Positions 38,315 through 46,938 of a DNA stretch of 64,000 nt are shown here, in pieces. The notes beneath the pieces are model-generated. The model saw nothing but the letters and a program-made list of their open reading frames with translations. It was not told where the DNA came from and made no database searches. The first letter of the stretch is position 1. The number at the start of each line of letters is the position of its first letter. Source of the DNA: Patescibacteria group bacterium (GTDB lineage Bacteria; Patescibacteriota; Patescibacteriia; UBA2591; UBA6264); contig JADHVF010000002.1 in assembly GCA_016784145.1 (NCBI GenBank), positions 112,357 through 176,356 of the forward strand. Reading direction: 5' to 3'. The position numbers and the translations under genes are program-made.

Positions 38315-39340
38315 ATGACAAAAAAAAATACTAAAAAAAATGAGCAAAATAAAAGAGAAAAAGCAACTGAAAATGCCATTGAACAAATAAGGTCAAAATA
38401 TGGTGAAGGAACAATAATGAGATTAAGGGAGGCAAAGCATCAAGCAACCGAAGTTATTTCAACTGGTTGTCTTTCACTTGATTTAGCATTAGGAGTAGGT
38501 GGTATTCCCAGAGGAAGAGTGACAGAAATTTTTGGACAAGAGATGAGCGGCAAATCAACTTTAGCACTTCATATTATTTCGCAGGCACAGAAAAAAGGAG
38601 GAATAGCTGCTTTTATTGATGCAGAACATGCCTTAGATCCTCAATATGCAGAGAGAATAGGAGTTAAAATTAATGATATGTTTATTTCACAACCAGATAG
38701 TGGAGAGCAAGCTTTAGAAATAGTTGAAACGCTTGTTCGCTCAAACGGGGTAGATATTATTGTAGTTGATTCCGTGGCAGCTTTAACCCCTAGAAGAGAA
38801 ATAGAAGGAGAAATGGGAGACCATCATATTGGCTTACAAGCAAGATTAATGAGTCAGGGGTTAAGAAAATTAACTAGTATTATTGGTAGAACAAAAACGT
38901 GTGTAATTTTTATTAATCAAATTAGAATGAGAATAGGAGTATTTTTTGGTAATCCAGAAACAACCACCGGGGGTATGGCCTTAAAGTTTTATTCTTCAGT
39001 TAGAATACATGTTAAGAAATTAGCTCAAATTAAAAGAAAAGATGAAGTAATAGGAAATAGAGTTAGGGCTAAAATTGTTAAGAACAAAGTAGCCCCGCCG
39101 TTTAAAACTTGTGATTTTGAAATTATTTATAACGAAGGCATATCTTATGCAGGCGATTTAATTAATCTTGGAGCTACCCATGGGTTGGTTATTAAAACAG
39201 GGAATACATTAAGTTATGACAAAGCCAAACTTGGCGTTGGGTGGGAAAAAGCAAAGAATTTTTTAAGAGATAATCCTAAAACAGCTAATAAGCTTAAAAA
39301 AGAAATTTTAACAGAAATAAGCAAGCAAGCAACAGAGTAG
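38315..39340 (+). CDS. recA: Recombinase RecA
   Basis: [58 protein letters not shown]. Confidence 0.99.
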   Translation: MTKKNTKKNEQNKREKATENAIEQIRSKYGEGTIMRLREAKHQATEVISTGCLSLDLALGVGGIPRGRVTEIFGQEMSGKSTLALHIISQAQKKGGIAAFIDAEHALDPQYAERIGVKINDMFISQPDSGEQALEIVETLVRSNGVDIIVVDSVAALTPRREIEGEMGDHHIGLQARLMSQGLRKLTSIIGRTKTCVIFINQIRMRIGVFFGNPETTTGGMALKFYSSVRIHVKKLAQIKRKDEVIGNRVRAKIVKNKVAPPFKTCDFEIIYNEGISYAGDLINLGATHGLVIKTGNTLSYDKAKLGVGWEKAKNFLRDNPKTANKLKKEILTEISKQATE

Positions 39341-39392
39341 AGAAGCAAAAAAATAAAAACATAAAAGCATTAAAAAATAAAAACAAAGCGAT

Positions 39393-39600
39393 TAAGATAC
39401 AAAATACAATAACCAAATAATAATCAAGACATAAGATGCTCTCTTGTGTTCTGTTTCGCAGAATTTCGGCGGGCATGGCAATAATCAAGCAATAATCAAA
39501 ATATAAAAACCAAACAAATATTTTTTTGTTTGGTTATTGGTTATTGTTTGCTCTGCTTATCTTGTTTATAGAGTTTGCAAAGGAATTTGTTTGTATCTTA
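39393..39600. repeat. Nested inverted-repeat element in the convergent recA/wzz gap
   Basis: Three perfect 11-bp IR pairs: 39393-403/39590-600, 39406-416/39537-547, 39508-518/39525-535; direct repeat GCAATAATCAA x2 at 39478-39499. Confidence 0.7.
39508..39535. terminator. Possible bidirectional terminator hairpin
   Basis: AACCAAACAAA-tatttt-TTTGTTTGGTT, A-rich on the left and T-rich on the right, between convergent genes. Confidence 0.5.
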
Positions 39601-39616
39601 TTTCTTGGAATTTGAT

Positions 39617-40597
39617 TTATTCTTCTTCTTTTTTAAAATATTCAGATCCAAAGGCATAAAATATTCCTGCAAACAATCCTAGTATGCCTCCAATCATCAC
39701 ATTTTGCTGTTTTTTCGGGCTGATTGGTGTTTCGGGTAAACTTGCCTCTACTTCTACTTCAGTAGGCTTGACTTCATAATTCTTTTCATGTTGTTTTTGC
39801 TGAATATCTTGCTCCAAGCTGATAAGTTTTTGTTCTAGGGTTAATAATTGAGCTTCTTTGTTTTCTTTTTGGTTTTTAGCTCCGGCTAAAAGATTAATAT
39901 AGCTTTGAGCAATTCTACCTTGTCCATCAGAATAAGCATTATTTCTTTTGTTAATTTCTTCTTCATATTTTTTGATATCTTGATCTAATCTCTCTAAGTC
40001 GGCTGTTGTTTTAACTTTGTCTTTATCTATTTTAGCTTTATCTAACTCAATTACACGTAATTCAGTATCAAGTGTTTTAGCTGCTTGAGCAAACATGTTT
40101 TCATGATAGGTTAACAAAATATCAGTCACAACCTTAACAATACTAACAGCTTTAGTAGGCGTATTGCTTTTCCCAATTATTTGAATGAATTGTGATTCTT
40201 GTTTGCCTTGATTAGGGTTGGCTATTTCAATCATTGATTTAATGTCATTGGTTGTTGATTGTTCTGAAAAATCAGTTGATGCTTGTAATTTGGTTCTTAT
40301 TTGTTTCAAGACAGTGTCTGTATTAAAGACGGATTTAATGTCTTCAAACTCTTGCAAGGTGGCATAAGAAAATCCTTTTTCTTTAGAAAGATAATTTTTG
40401 TTTTTGCCAATTTTAACTAAATTGCTGGCTTGATAAATAGGCGAGAGCATAAAACTAATTACAATAGAGATAATAATAGCAATTAAAAATATGCTTATAA
40501 TCTCTTTTTTTCTTTTTATAATGACATTAACATAATCTCTTAAGTCAATTTCATCTTCATGATATTGATTGTCTTGATCTTGATTTTCCATATTCAT
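39617..40597 (-). CDS. wzz: Wzz-like polysaccharide chain-length determinant with coiled coil
   Basis: EDEIDLRDYV N-terminus, TM, P.YQAS, long coiled coil, P..PISPKK and C-terminal TM (GGILGLFAGIF). Confidence 0.85.
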   Translation of the reverse strand: MNMENQDQDNQYHEDEIDLRDYVNVIIKRKKEIISIFLIAIIISIVISFMLSPIYQASNLVKIGKNKNYLSKEKGFSYATLQEFEDIKSVFNTDTVLKQIRTKLQASTDFSEQSTTNDIKSMIEIANPNQGKQESQFIQIIGKSNTPTKAVSIVKVVTDILLTYHENMFAQAAKTLDTELRVIELDKAKIDKDKVKTTADLERLDQDIKKYEEEINKRNNAYSDGQGRIAQSYINLLAGAKNQKENKEAQLLTLEQKLISLEQDIQQKQHEKNYEVKPTEVEVEASLPETPISPKKQQNVMIGGILGLFAGIFYAFGSEYFKKEEE

Positions 40598-40605
40598 ATA
40601 TTCTT

Positions 40606-40634
40606 ATTATATTTATTATTTCTCTGTTTGTCAA
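40606..40634 (-). promoter_or_regulatory. Consensus sigma70 promoter dedicated to wzz
   Basis: Minus strand TTGACA (40634-40629), 17 nt spacer, TATAAT (40611-40606); ATG 8 nt downstream. Confidence 0.75.
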
Positions 40635-40645
40635 TATGCTGTTTT

Positions 40646-42493
40646 TTATTTAATATCAAGCAATTCTTTCATTTTTTTAACATCCATGTCTGCTAATGAT
40701 TGCTTTAATTCTTGTATTAGTTCTTTTATTTTAGTTTCATTAACTTTTTCAAGATGAGAAATAAATATTTTTTCATGCTTGGTTGGCTTTTCTTTGTCAA
40801 TCAGGATTTCTTCAAAAAGTTTTTCCCCCTGTCTAATCCCGCTATAAATAACAGGGATATCAATATCCGGTTCATAGCCAGCTAATTTAATCATTTCTTT
40901 GGCCAAATCAACAATTTTAATGGCTTGTCCCATGTCTAGTACAAAAACTTCACCACCTTGTCCAATTGCGCCTGACTGCATTATTAATAGACAAGCTTCA
41001 GCAGTAACCATAAAATATCTTTTCATCTCAGGATGAGTTACTTCAACTGGCCCACCTGTTTTGATTTGATTTTCAAATATTTTAACAACATTCCCTTGAG
41101 AGTCAAGAACATTTCCAAAGCGAACAGCAGAAAATTTTGTTTGGTTTTTGCTATTTAAACAGACACATATCATTTCACATATTCTTTTACTAGCTCCCAT
41201 TACAGAGGTTGGATTAATTGCTTTGTCAGTAGAAACCATTACAAATTTTTCAATTTTATTTTTAATAGAAGCTTGACCAACAGTTAAAGTACCAAAAATA
41301 TTATTTTTAATAGCTTCGTCCGGGTTTGATTCCATCATTGGTACATGTTTGTAGGCAGCTGCATGAAATACTATCTCTGGTTGATGTTTTTTAAATACAT
41401 TGTTAATTTTATTTTTATCACAAATATCAGCAATAATAAATATTTTACTGGCATCAGGGAATAATCTGTTTAATTTTTTTTCTAAATAAAATATAGCTGT
41501 TTCTCTTTGGTCTAAAGCTATTATTTTTTTAGGAGCAAATTTAATAATTTCTTCACATAACTGAGAGCCAATCGAACCAGCTGCTCCTGTTATTAAAATA
41601 GTTTTGTTGTTGATATAAGATTGGATTGCTTGAGTATCAATTTTTACTGGTTGACGTCCTAACAGGTCTTCAATAGAGATTTCTCTCAAATCTTTTAAGC
41701 TAATCTTTTCATCTAAAATTTCAGCCGTGCTAGGCAAGATTTTAATTTTTTGAATGCCTGCTTCGCGGCTAAGATTAACAGTATTTTTAATTATTTTTTT
41801 AGAAGCAGATGGCAAAGCAATTATTATCTCTTTTATTTGATGTTTTTTAATAATAACAGGTATATTTTTAATTCTTCCCAAAACTTTTATGCCATGAATT
41901 AATATATTTTGTTTCATGTGGTTGTCGTCAACAAATCCAACTGGCAGATAGGGGGTATTACCAGAAACAGTAATATGACGGGCTAATTGTTCGCCAGCTT
42001 CTCCAGCTCCGACAATAAGAACACGCTTCCCATTTTTTTTATTATTTGTCACCCCATTTTTAAATAAATGAGCATAAACTCTTTTAGCAAACCTAAATCC
42101 GCCAGTAGTTAGCAGACATAAAAACCCAGACACAAAGATAATTGAACGGGGAAAGCCGGTAAAGATTGTTTTGTCTCTAAAAATAAATAAAATGGCTCCA
42201 ATTGTTAAAAAGCCAATCATTACTGCTCTGAATAATTTTAATAATTCTCTAATGCTTATAAATGACCATGAAATAGAATAAAGTTTTTCCAGCGAAAATA
42301 AAAAAAGAATTATAGGCAAGCTCATGGCCACAAACCCTTTAATCATGGTATAATATTCAATAGGAATTTTTCCATCAAATCGTAATAAAAATCCTAAATA
42401 ACAAGCTAAAGAAATTAGAATAATATCAGTTACAACAAAAAAAATAGTTCTTTTTAAAGTTGTTCTTTCCCAAATTTTATCTTTTATTGTCAT
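40646..42493 (-). CDS. Membrane-bound UDP-GlcNAc 4,6-dehydratase (PglF/CapD/WbpM family)
   Basis: N-terminal TMs, VLIVGAGEAG, IEDLLGR, TGAAGSIGS, HAAAYKHVP, STDKA.NP..MGASK, VRFGNV, GEKLFEE; ATG 42493 preferred. Confidence 0.93.
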   Translation of the reverse strand: MTIKDKIWERTTLKRTIFFVVTDIILISLACYLGFLLRFDGKIPIEYYTMIKGFVAMSLPIILFLFSLEKLYSISWSFISIRELLKLFRAVMIGFLTIGAILFIFRDKTIFTGFPRSIIFVSGFLCLLTTGGFRFAKRVYAHLFKNGVTNNKKNGKRVLIVGAGEAGEQLARHITVSGNTPYLPVGFVDDNHMKQNILIHGIKVLGRIKNIPVIIKKHQIKEIIIALPSASKKIIKNTVNLSREAGIQKIKILPSTAEILDEKISLKDLREISIEDLLGRQPVKIDTQAIQSYINNKTILITGAAGSIGSQLCEEIIKFAPKKIIALDQRETAIFYLEKKLNRLFPDASKIFIIADICDKNKINNVFKKHQPEIVFHAAAYKHVPMMESNPDEAIKNNIFGTLTVGQASIKNKIEKFVMVSTDKAINPTSVMGASKRICEMICVCLNSKNQTKFSAVRFGNVLDSQGNVVKIFENQIKTGGPVEVTHPEMKRYFMVTAEACLLIMQSGAIGQGGEVFVLDMGQAIKIVDLAKEMIKLAGYEPDIDIPVIYSGIRQGEKLFEEILIDKEKPTKHEKIFISHLEKVNETKIKELIQELKQSLADMDVKKMKELLDIK

Positions 42494-43601
42494 AAAATTT
42501 TTGAATTGATTTAATAACATATTTCACTTGAGAAATAGTTAATTCTGGATACATTGGCAAAGACAATACTTGTTTACATATTTCTTCTGTTTTTGATAAA
42601 TATATCTTGTTTGGCATTAAAATAGGCTCTTTGTAAGTAGGGGCTGGCCAGGAAATCAATGTTTCTATTTTGGCTTCTTTGTCCAGATATTTTTTTAATT
42701 TGTCTCTATTAGTTGATTGAATAACATAATTTTGCCAGACATCAAAAAATTTTGAATCTTCAAAATTAGGAGTATTTATTTCTGAAATATCTTTTAATCC
42801 ATCATTATATAGTTTGGCAATTTGTTGTCGTTTTTTTATCCATGTTGGCAGATATTTTAATTTAATATCCAGTAATCCTGCTTGAACATTGTCTAATAAG
42901 GCAGTATAGCCATGAAAGTAAAACTTTCTGTTTTGTCTATCTTCGCCATTATAGCGTAATAGACGTATTTTCCTAGCGATTTTATCGTCATTGGTTGTAA
43001 CCATACCAGCATCACCAAATGCCCCGAGCATTTTAAATGGATACATTGAAAAGCAGCCTGTTATTCCGAATGTGCCAGCTTTTTTCCATTTATTTTTAAT
43101 TTTCATTTTAGCTCCAATTGCTTGGGCAGCATCTTCGACAACTATTAAATTATATTGCTTAGCAATTTTCATTATTTTTTCCATATCACACATCCTTCCA
43201 TTTAAATGGACAGGCAGAATAGCTTTTGTTTGTTTTGTTATGTTCTTGACTATTAAATCAGTATTCATATTGAAATCTTCGCCAACATCAATAAGTTTTG
43301 CTTCAGCATTTTGATGATAAATACAAGAAATACTAGCCATAAAAGTATGTCCAACAGTAATTACTTTGTCTTGCTTTTTTAGTCCAACTGCTTCCAGGGA
43401 AAGGGTTAGTGCATCTGTTCCAGAATTAACACCAATAGCATGCTTAACACCAATATATTTAGCAAAGTTTTTTTCAAATTTGACTAAATCTTGTCTCATA
43501 ATTAAATCTCCTCTTGAGAAAATATCATCAATTTTCTTAAGAAATTTTTTGCGATGGTCTTTGTATTGTTTTTCAGGATTAACAAATCGTACTTTATACA
43601 T
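42477..43601 (-). CDS. DegT/DnrJ/EryC1/StrS nucleotide-sugar aminotransferase
   Basis: VNSGTDAL, PVHLNG, EDAAQAIG, FSMYPFKMLGAFGDAG (PLP Lys), LSLPMYPEL. Confidence 0.93.
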   Translation of the reverse strand: MYKVRFVNPEKQYKDHRKKFLKKIDDIFSRGDLIMRQDLVKFEKNFAKYIGVKHAIGVNSGTDALTLSLEAVGLKKQDKVITVGHTFMASISCIYHQNAEAKLIDVGEDFNMNTDLIVKNITKQTKAILPVHLNGRMCDMEKIMKIAKQYNLIVVEDAAQAIGAKMKIKNKWKKAGTFGITGCFSMYPFKMLGAFGDAGMVTTNDDKIARKIRLLRYNGEDRQNRKFYFHGYTALLDNVQAGLLDIKLKYLPTWIKKRQQIAKLYNDGLKDISEINTPNFEDSKFFDVWQNYVIQSTNRDKLKKYLDKEAKIETLISWPAPTYKEPILMPNKIYLSKTEEICKQVLSLPMYPELTISQVKYVIKSIQKFYDNKR

Positions 43602-43603
43602 AA

Positions 43604-44602
43604 TTATTTTAATAATTGTTTTACTTTTTTAATAATATCTTTGTAGGTTGTGTAATATTTCTTTTCAAGAGGGGCACTGGTTGGGGCAGGAGAATCAGGC
43701 AAGCAGACTCTTTTGATTGGTTTTTTTAGATACTTGAATCCTTTATCAGCAACCAAAGCAGAAATCTCTCCAGCAACTCCGCCAGTAAGCCAGGCTGCCT
43801 CAGCAATAATTAATTTCCCTGTTTTTTTAATAGAATTAATAATAATTGGGAGGTCTATTGGTTTAACAGTTCTGATATCAATTATTTCAGCATCAATTTT
43901 ATATTTTTTTAATTCTTCGCCTGCTTTTATGGCTTCATTGGCCATATACGATATTCCAACAATTGTGATATCTTTGCCTTTTTTTCTTATTACCCCTTTT
44001 CCAATTGGAACAGAGTATATTTTTTTTGGAACATTTTCTTTCAGTCCATAAAGCCATCTATCATCAATATATACTACAGGATTATTTGATTTAATGGCTG
44101 ATATCATTAATCCTTTAGCATCATATGGAGTAGCTGGCATTACAACTTGTAGTCCAGGAATATGAGCAAATAAAGATTGGAGTGCTTGAGAATGTTGGGC
44201 TCCTTGTTCACCTCCACGATTAATAATAGGCCAAATTACAACTGATGCGGTTGATTGTCCACCAAAAATATAGTCCCAATTAGCCGCTTGGTTTATTATT
44301 GGGTCTAATCCATAAATCATAAAATCCATTCTTGGATGAACTACAATTGGTCTCATGCCAGCAATACTTGCTCCAATGCCAGCTCCAGTAATAGCATTTT
44401 CAGAAACAGGTGTATCAATTACTCGTTCTTCTCCGTATTTTTCTAATAACCCATTACAAGTATTTCCAACATACCAGGGGCTTTTAACTCCTTGTCCAAT
44501 TAAAAAGACAGATTTGTCTTGACCCATTGCCTGATGGATTGCTTCATTAATTGCCAAACTATAAGTTAATAATCTTTGGTTTTTTTTATTTTTCATATAC
44601 AT
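43604..44602 (-). CDS. ThDP-dependent E1 beta-like subunit (transketolase pyrimidine-binding and C-terminal domains)
   Basis: RVIDTPVSEN, GMRPIV, GAQHSQ, PATPYDAKGL, IDIRTVKPID, KKTGKL; start 44602 or 44596. Confidence 0.92.
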   Translation of the reverse strand: MYMKNKKNQRLLTYSLAINEAIHQAMGQDKSVFLIGQGVKSPWYVGNTCNGLLEKYGEERVIDTPVSENAITGAGIGASIAGMRPIVVHPRMDFMIYGLDPIINQAANWDYIFGGQSTASVVIWPIINRGGEQGAQHSQALQSLFAHIPGLQVVMPATPYDAKGLMISAIKSNNPVVYIDDRWLYGLKENVPKKIYSVPIGKGVIRKKGKDITIVGISYMANEAIKAGEELKKYKIDAEIIDIRTVKPIDLPIIINSIKKTGKLIIAEAAWLTGGVAGEISALVADKGFKYLKKPIKRVCLPDSPAPTSAPLEKKYYTTYKDIIKKVKQLLK

Positions 44603-45563
44603 GTTTTAATAATTCTCCTTGTTTTGGAAAATCACTTTTAAGTGTTAATTTATATGCTTTAATAATTTTTGAATTTAATTTTTTATATATATTGTTAATT
44701 GTTTGTTTGTTTAAAATATTTTTTTTCATTAATATTTTCTCAAAATTTTTAATTGGATCTTTTTTAGCCCATTTAATAACTTCTTTATTTGGTCTAATAT
44801 CAGTGTGTTCTCCTTGGATATTGTCATCAGGGCCAACATGTCCTCTCATTCGATATGTTAAGCACTCAATAAAAGAAGGCCCTTGGTTATTTTTGGCATA
44901 CTTTACCATGGTTTTAGTTGTGTTATAAACTTTTAAGACATCATTCCCTTGTACTTGTTTGGAAGGCATGTTATATGACTTGGCAAATTCATAGATTTTA
45001 GTATTAGCCAGACAATCTTTTATTGGCATGTGAGTTGAATATAGGTTATTTTCACAAACAAAAATAATTGGCAATTTTTTTAAAGAAGCAAAGTTTAATG
45101 ATTCATGTAAGACTCCTTCATCAACTGCTCCGTCGCCAAAAAAACTAATTGTTACTTTTTTGTCTTTGTTTATTTTTGATGATAAAGCTGCACCCAAAGC
45201 AAGCGAAATTGTAGCAGCTACCAACGGAACTGTTCCTAATAATCCGTGCTGGTTGTCAATTATATGCATTGACCCTCCTCTTCCTTTTGCACAGCCATCT
45301 TTTTTTCCAAAAATTTCAAGCATTAATTTATCAATGCTTCCTCCTTTGGCCAGATAATGTCCATGAGACCGATGATTTCCAAGAATATAATCATTGTCTG
45401 TTAAAGCAGCACAAACGCCAACAGCAACTGCTTCTTGTCCTGTATATAAATGGCAGGGAGTTTTAATTTCGCCTCTTAGAATTGGATCAACTAGACTTTC
45501 TTCAAACAACCTTATTTCTACCATTTTTTTATATAATTTTAATAAAAATTTTTTGTTTTCCAT
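44586..45563 (-). CDS. ThDP-dependent E1 alpha-like subunit (pyruvate/acetoin dehydrogenase family)
   Basis: HLYTGQEA, HRSHGH, GRGGSMH, ThDP motif GDGA...ENN, TYRMRGH. Confidence 0.93.
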   Translation of the reverse strand: MENKKFLLKLYKKMVEIRLFEESLVDPILRGEIKTPCHLYTGQEAVAVGVCAALTDNDYILGNHRSHGHYLAKGGSIDKLMLEIFGKKDGCAKGRGGSMHIIDNQHGLLGTVPLVAATISLALGAALSSKINKDKKVTISFFGDGAVDEGVLHESLNFASLKKLPIIFVCENNLYSTHMPIKDCLANTKIYEFAKSYNMPSKQVQGNDVLKVYNTTKTMVKYAKNNQGPSFIECLTYRMRGHVGPDDNIQGEHTDIRPNKEVIKWAKKDPIKNFEKILMKKNILNKQTINNIYKKLNSKIIKAYKLTLKSDFPKQGELLKHVYEK

Positions 45564-45564
45564 A

Positions 45565-46158
45565 TTAATTTTTGATAATTTTTTTAATTGTTTTGAAAAT
45601 TATTTTTAAATCATTTAAAAATGACATTTGTTTGACATATTTTATTTGTAGTTTAACTTTTTTTGGTCTTATTTCTTCTAAATAAGTTTTTTCAGGGTCA
45701 TGGCTATTTTTTAAGATTTCTCCTTCATTAGAATTCCATAATGATGCCAAGTCAGTTATTCCTGGTCTTATATTAAAGATAATTTGTTCGTCCTCTTTAT
45801 ATAGTTTAGCATATTCAGGCACTTCTGGTCTAGGGCCAACCAAGCTCATTTCTCCCTTAATTACATTAAATAACTGAGGAAGTTCATCAATTTTGTATTT
45901 TCTTAAAAATTTTCCTGTTTTAGTTAATCGTATGTCATTATTAGGAGTCGAAGGCCCTCCTATTTTATTAGCATTTAAAACCATTGTACGAAACTTATAA
46001 ACATTAAATGGTTTTTTATTTTTACCAATACGAATTCCTTTATAAATAACAGGGCCATTAGATGTTATTTTTATTAGCATTGTAATGATAATAAAAACAG
46101 GGGATAGAATAATTATCCCTATTAAGGAAAAACAAATATCAAAAATTCGTTTAATCAT
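45565..46158 (-). CDS. Initiating phosphoglycosyl transferase (PglC/WbaP C-terminal family)
   Basis: KRIFDI, YKFRTM, KIDELPQLFNVIKGEMSLVGPRPE, RPGITD. Confidence 0.93.
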   Translation of the reverse strand: MIKRIFDICFSLIGIIILSPVFIIITMLIKITSNGPVIYKGIRIGKNKKPFNVYKFRTMVLNANKIGGPSTPNNDIRLTKTGKFLRKYKIDELPQLFNVIKGEMSLVGPRPEVPEYAKLYKEDEQIIFNIRPGITDLASLWNSNEGEILKNSHDPEKTYLEEIRPKKVKLQIKYVKQMSFLNDLKIIFKTIKKIIKN

Positions 46159-46934
46159 TTTTTTGAAAAAATAAAGACAATCTTAAAAGCATATTTTTTA
46201 ATCCAGTTATTTTTTAATAATATATAATCTATTTTATCTAAAAATTTGAATATTTTTTTCCCTATTAAAAAATTTCTAAATGGGAACAAAAACATTGCTA
46301 ATAAATGAAAATAAGATATTTTTTCTATATTAAAATATTTTTTAGCAAATTTTAAATCTTTGTCTTTAATAATATGCTCCACTGCCCACTTGGTTCTAAT
46401 TCCTCTTTTTTTATTTAGCCATCGCTTTATATTTATTAAGGGGTTATGTCCAAAGGTTTCTATGCCAATTAATTTTCCATTTGATTTTAAGATTCTATTT
46501 AATTCAGGGAATGCTTTTTTTATATTAAGAGAAGAAAATGTCCCTCCATCCCATATAATATCAAAATAATTATCAGGAAATTCAGTCTTTTCGCAATCTC
46601 CTTTAATAAATTTTATTTTGTGGTTTATTTTTTCTTGTTCGGCTCTTTTTTTTGCGATTTGTAATGATTTGTTTGATAAATCAATACCATAAACTTTTGC
46701 TCCTAATTTTGCCAGCAAAATAGAATGCATGCCATGCCCACAACCATAATCTAAGATTTTCATATTAGAAGTGATATTTTGTTTCAACCAGTTTTTACAA
46801 AAATTATAACTTAAAAGCATGTTAATATTATAATTTTCAATATCTTTGTCCCAGTTATTTTTATTTTTTTTCTTGATCCATCTTTCAGATAATTTTTCAT
46901 AGTGAGAAATTTCCTCTTTTTTTCTTTGTTTCAT
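46155..46934 (-). CDS. Class I SAM-dependent methyltransferase
   Basis: ILDYGCGHG, GIDLS, DCEKTEFPDNYFDII. Confidence 0.88.
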   Translation of the reverse strand: MKQRKKEEISHYEKLSERWIKKKNKNNWDKDIENYNINMLLSYNFCKNWLKQNITSNMKILDYGCGHGMHSILLAKLGAKVYGIDLSNKSLQIAKKRAEQEKINHKIKFIKGDCEKTEFPDNYFDIIWDGGTFSSLNIKKAFPELNRILKSNGKLIGIETFGHNPLINIKRWLNKKRGIRTKWAVEHIIKDKDLKFAKKYFNIEKISYFHLLAMFLFPFRNFLIGKKIFKFLDKIDYILLKNNWIKKYAFKIVFIFSKK

Positions 46935-46938
46935 TTTT

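Noticed and set aside
38534-38560. Inactive RecA because the P-loop reads GQEMSGKST
   Set aside because: It still fits GxxxxGK[ST] and all other RecA motifs are intact.
39430-39480. tRNA or tRNA-derived att site
   Set aside because: No cloverleaf, T-loop GTTCRA or CCA end, and no integrase nearby.
39294-39488. 64-aa hydrophobic minus-strand ORF (toxin-like)
   Set aside because: It overlaps the recA 3' end, and its hydrophobicity is a by-product of reading an A-rich repeat region antisense.
39341-39616. Replication terminus/dif site at the strand switch near ftsK and recA
   Set aside because: No XerD-arm TTATGTTAAA motif was seen, and the skew change is explained by the coding-strand switch.
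43604-45563. Central-metabolism pyruvate dehydrogenase complex
   Set aside because: No E2/E3 in the window, and the genes are embedded among nucleotide-sugar genes.
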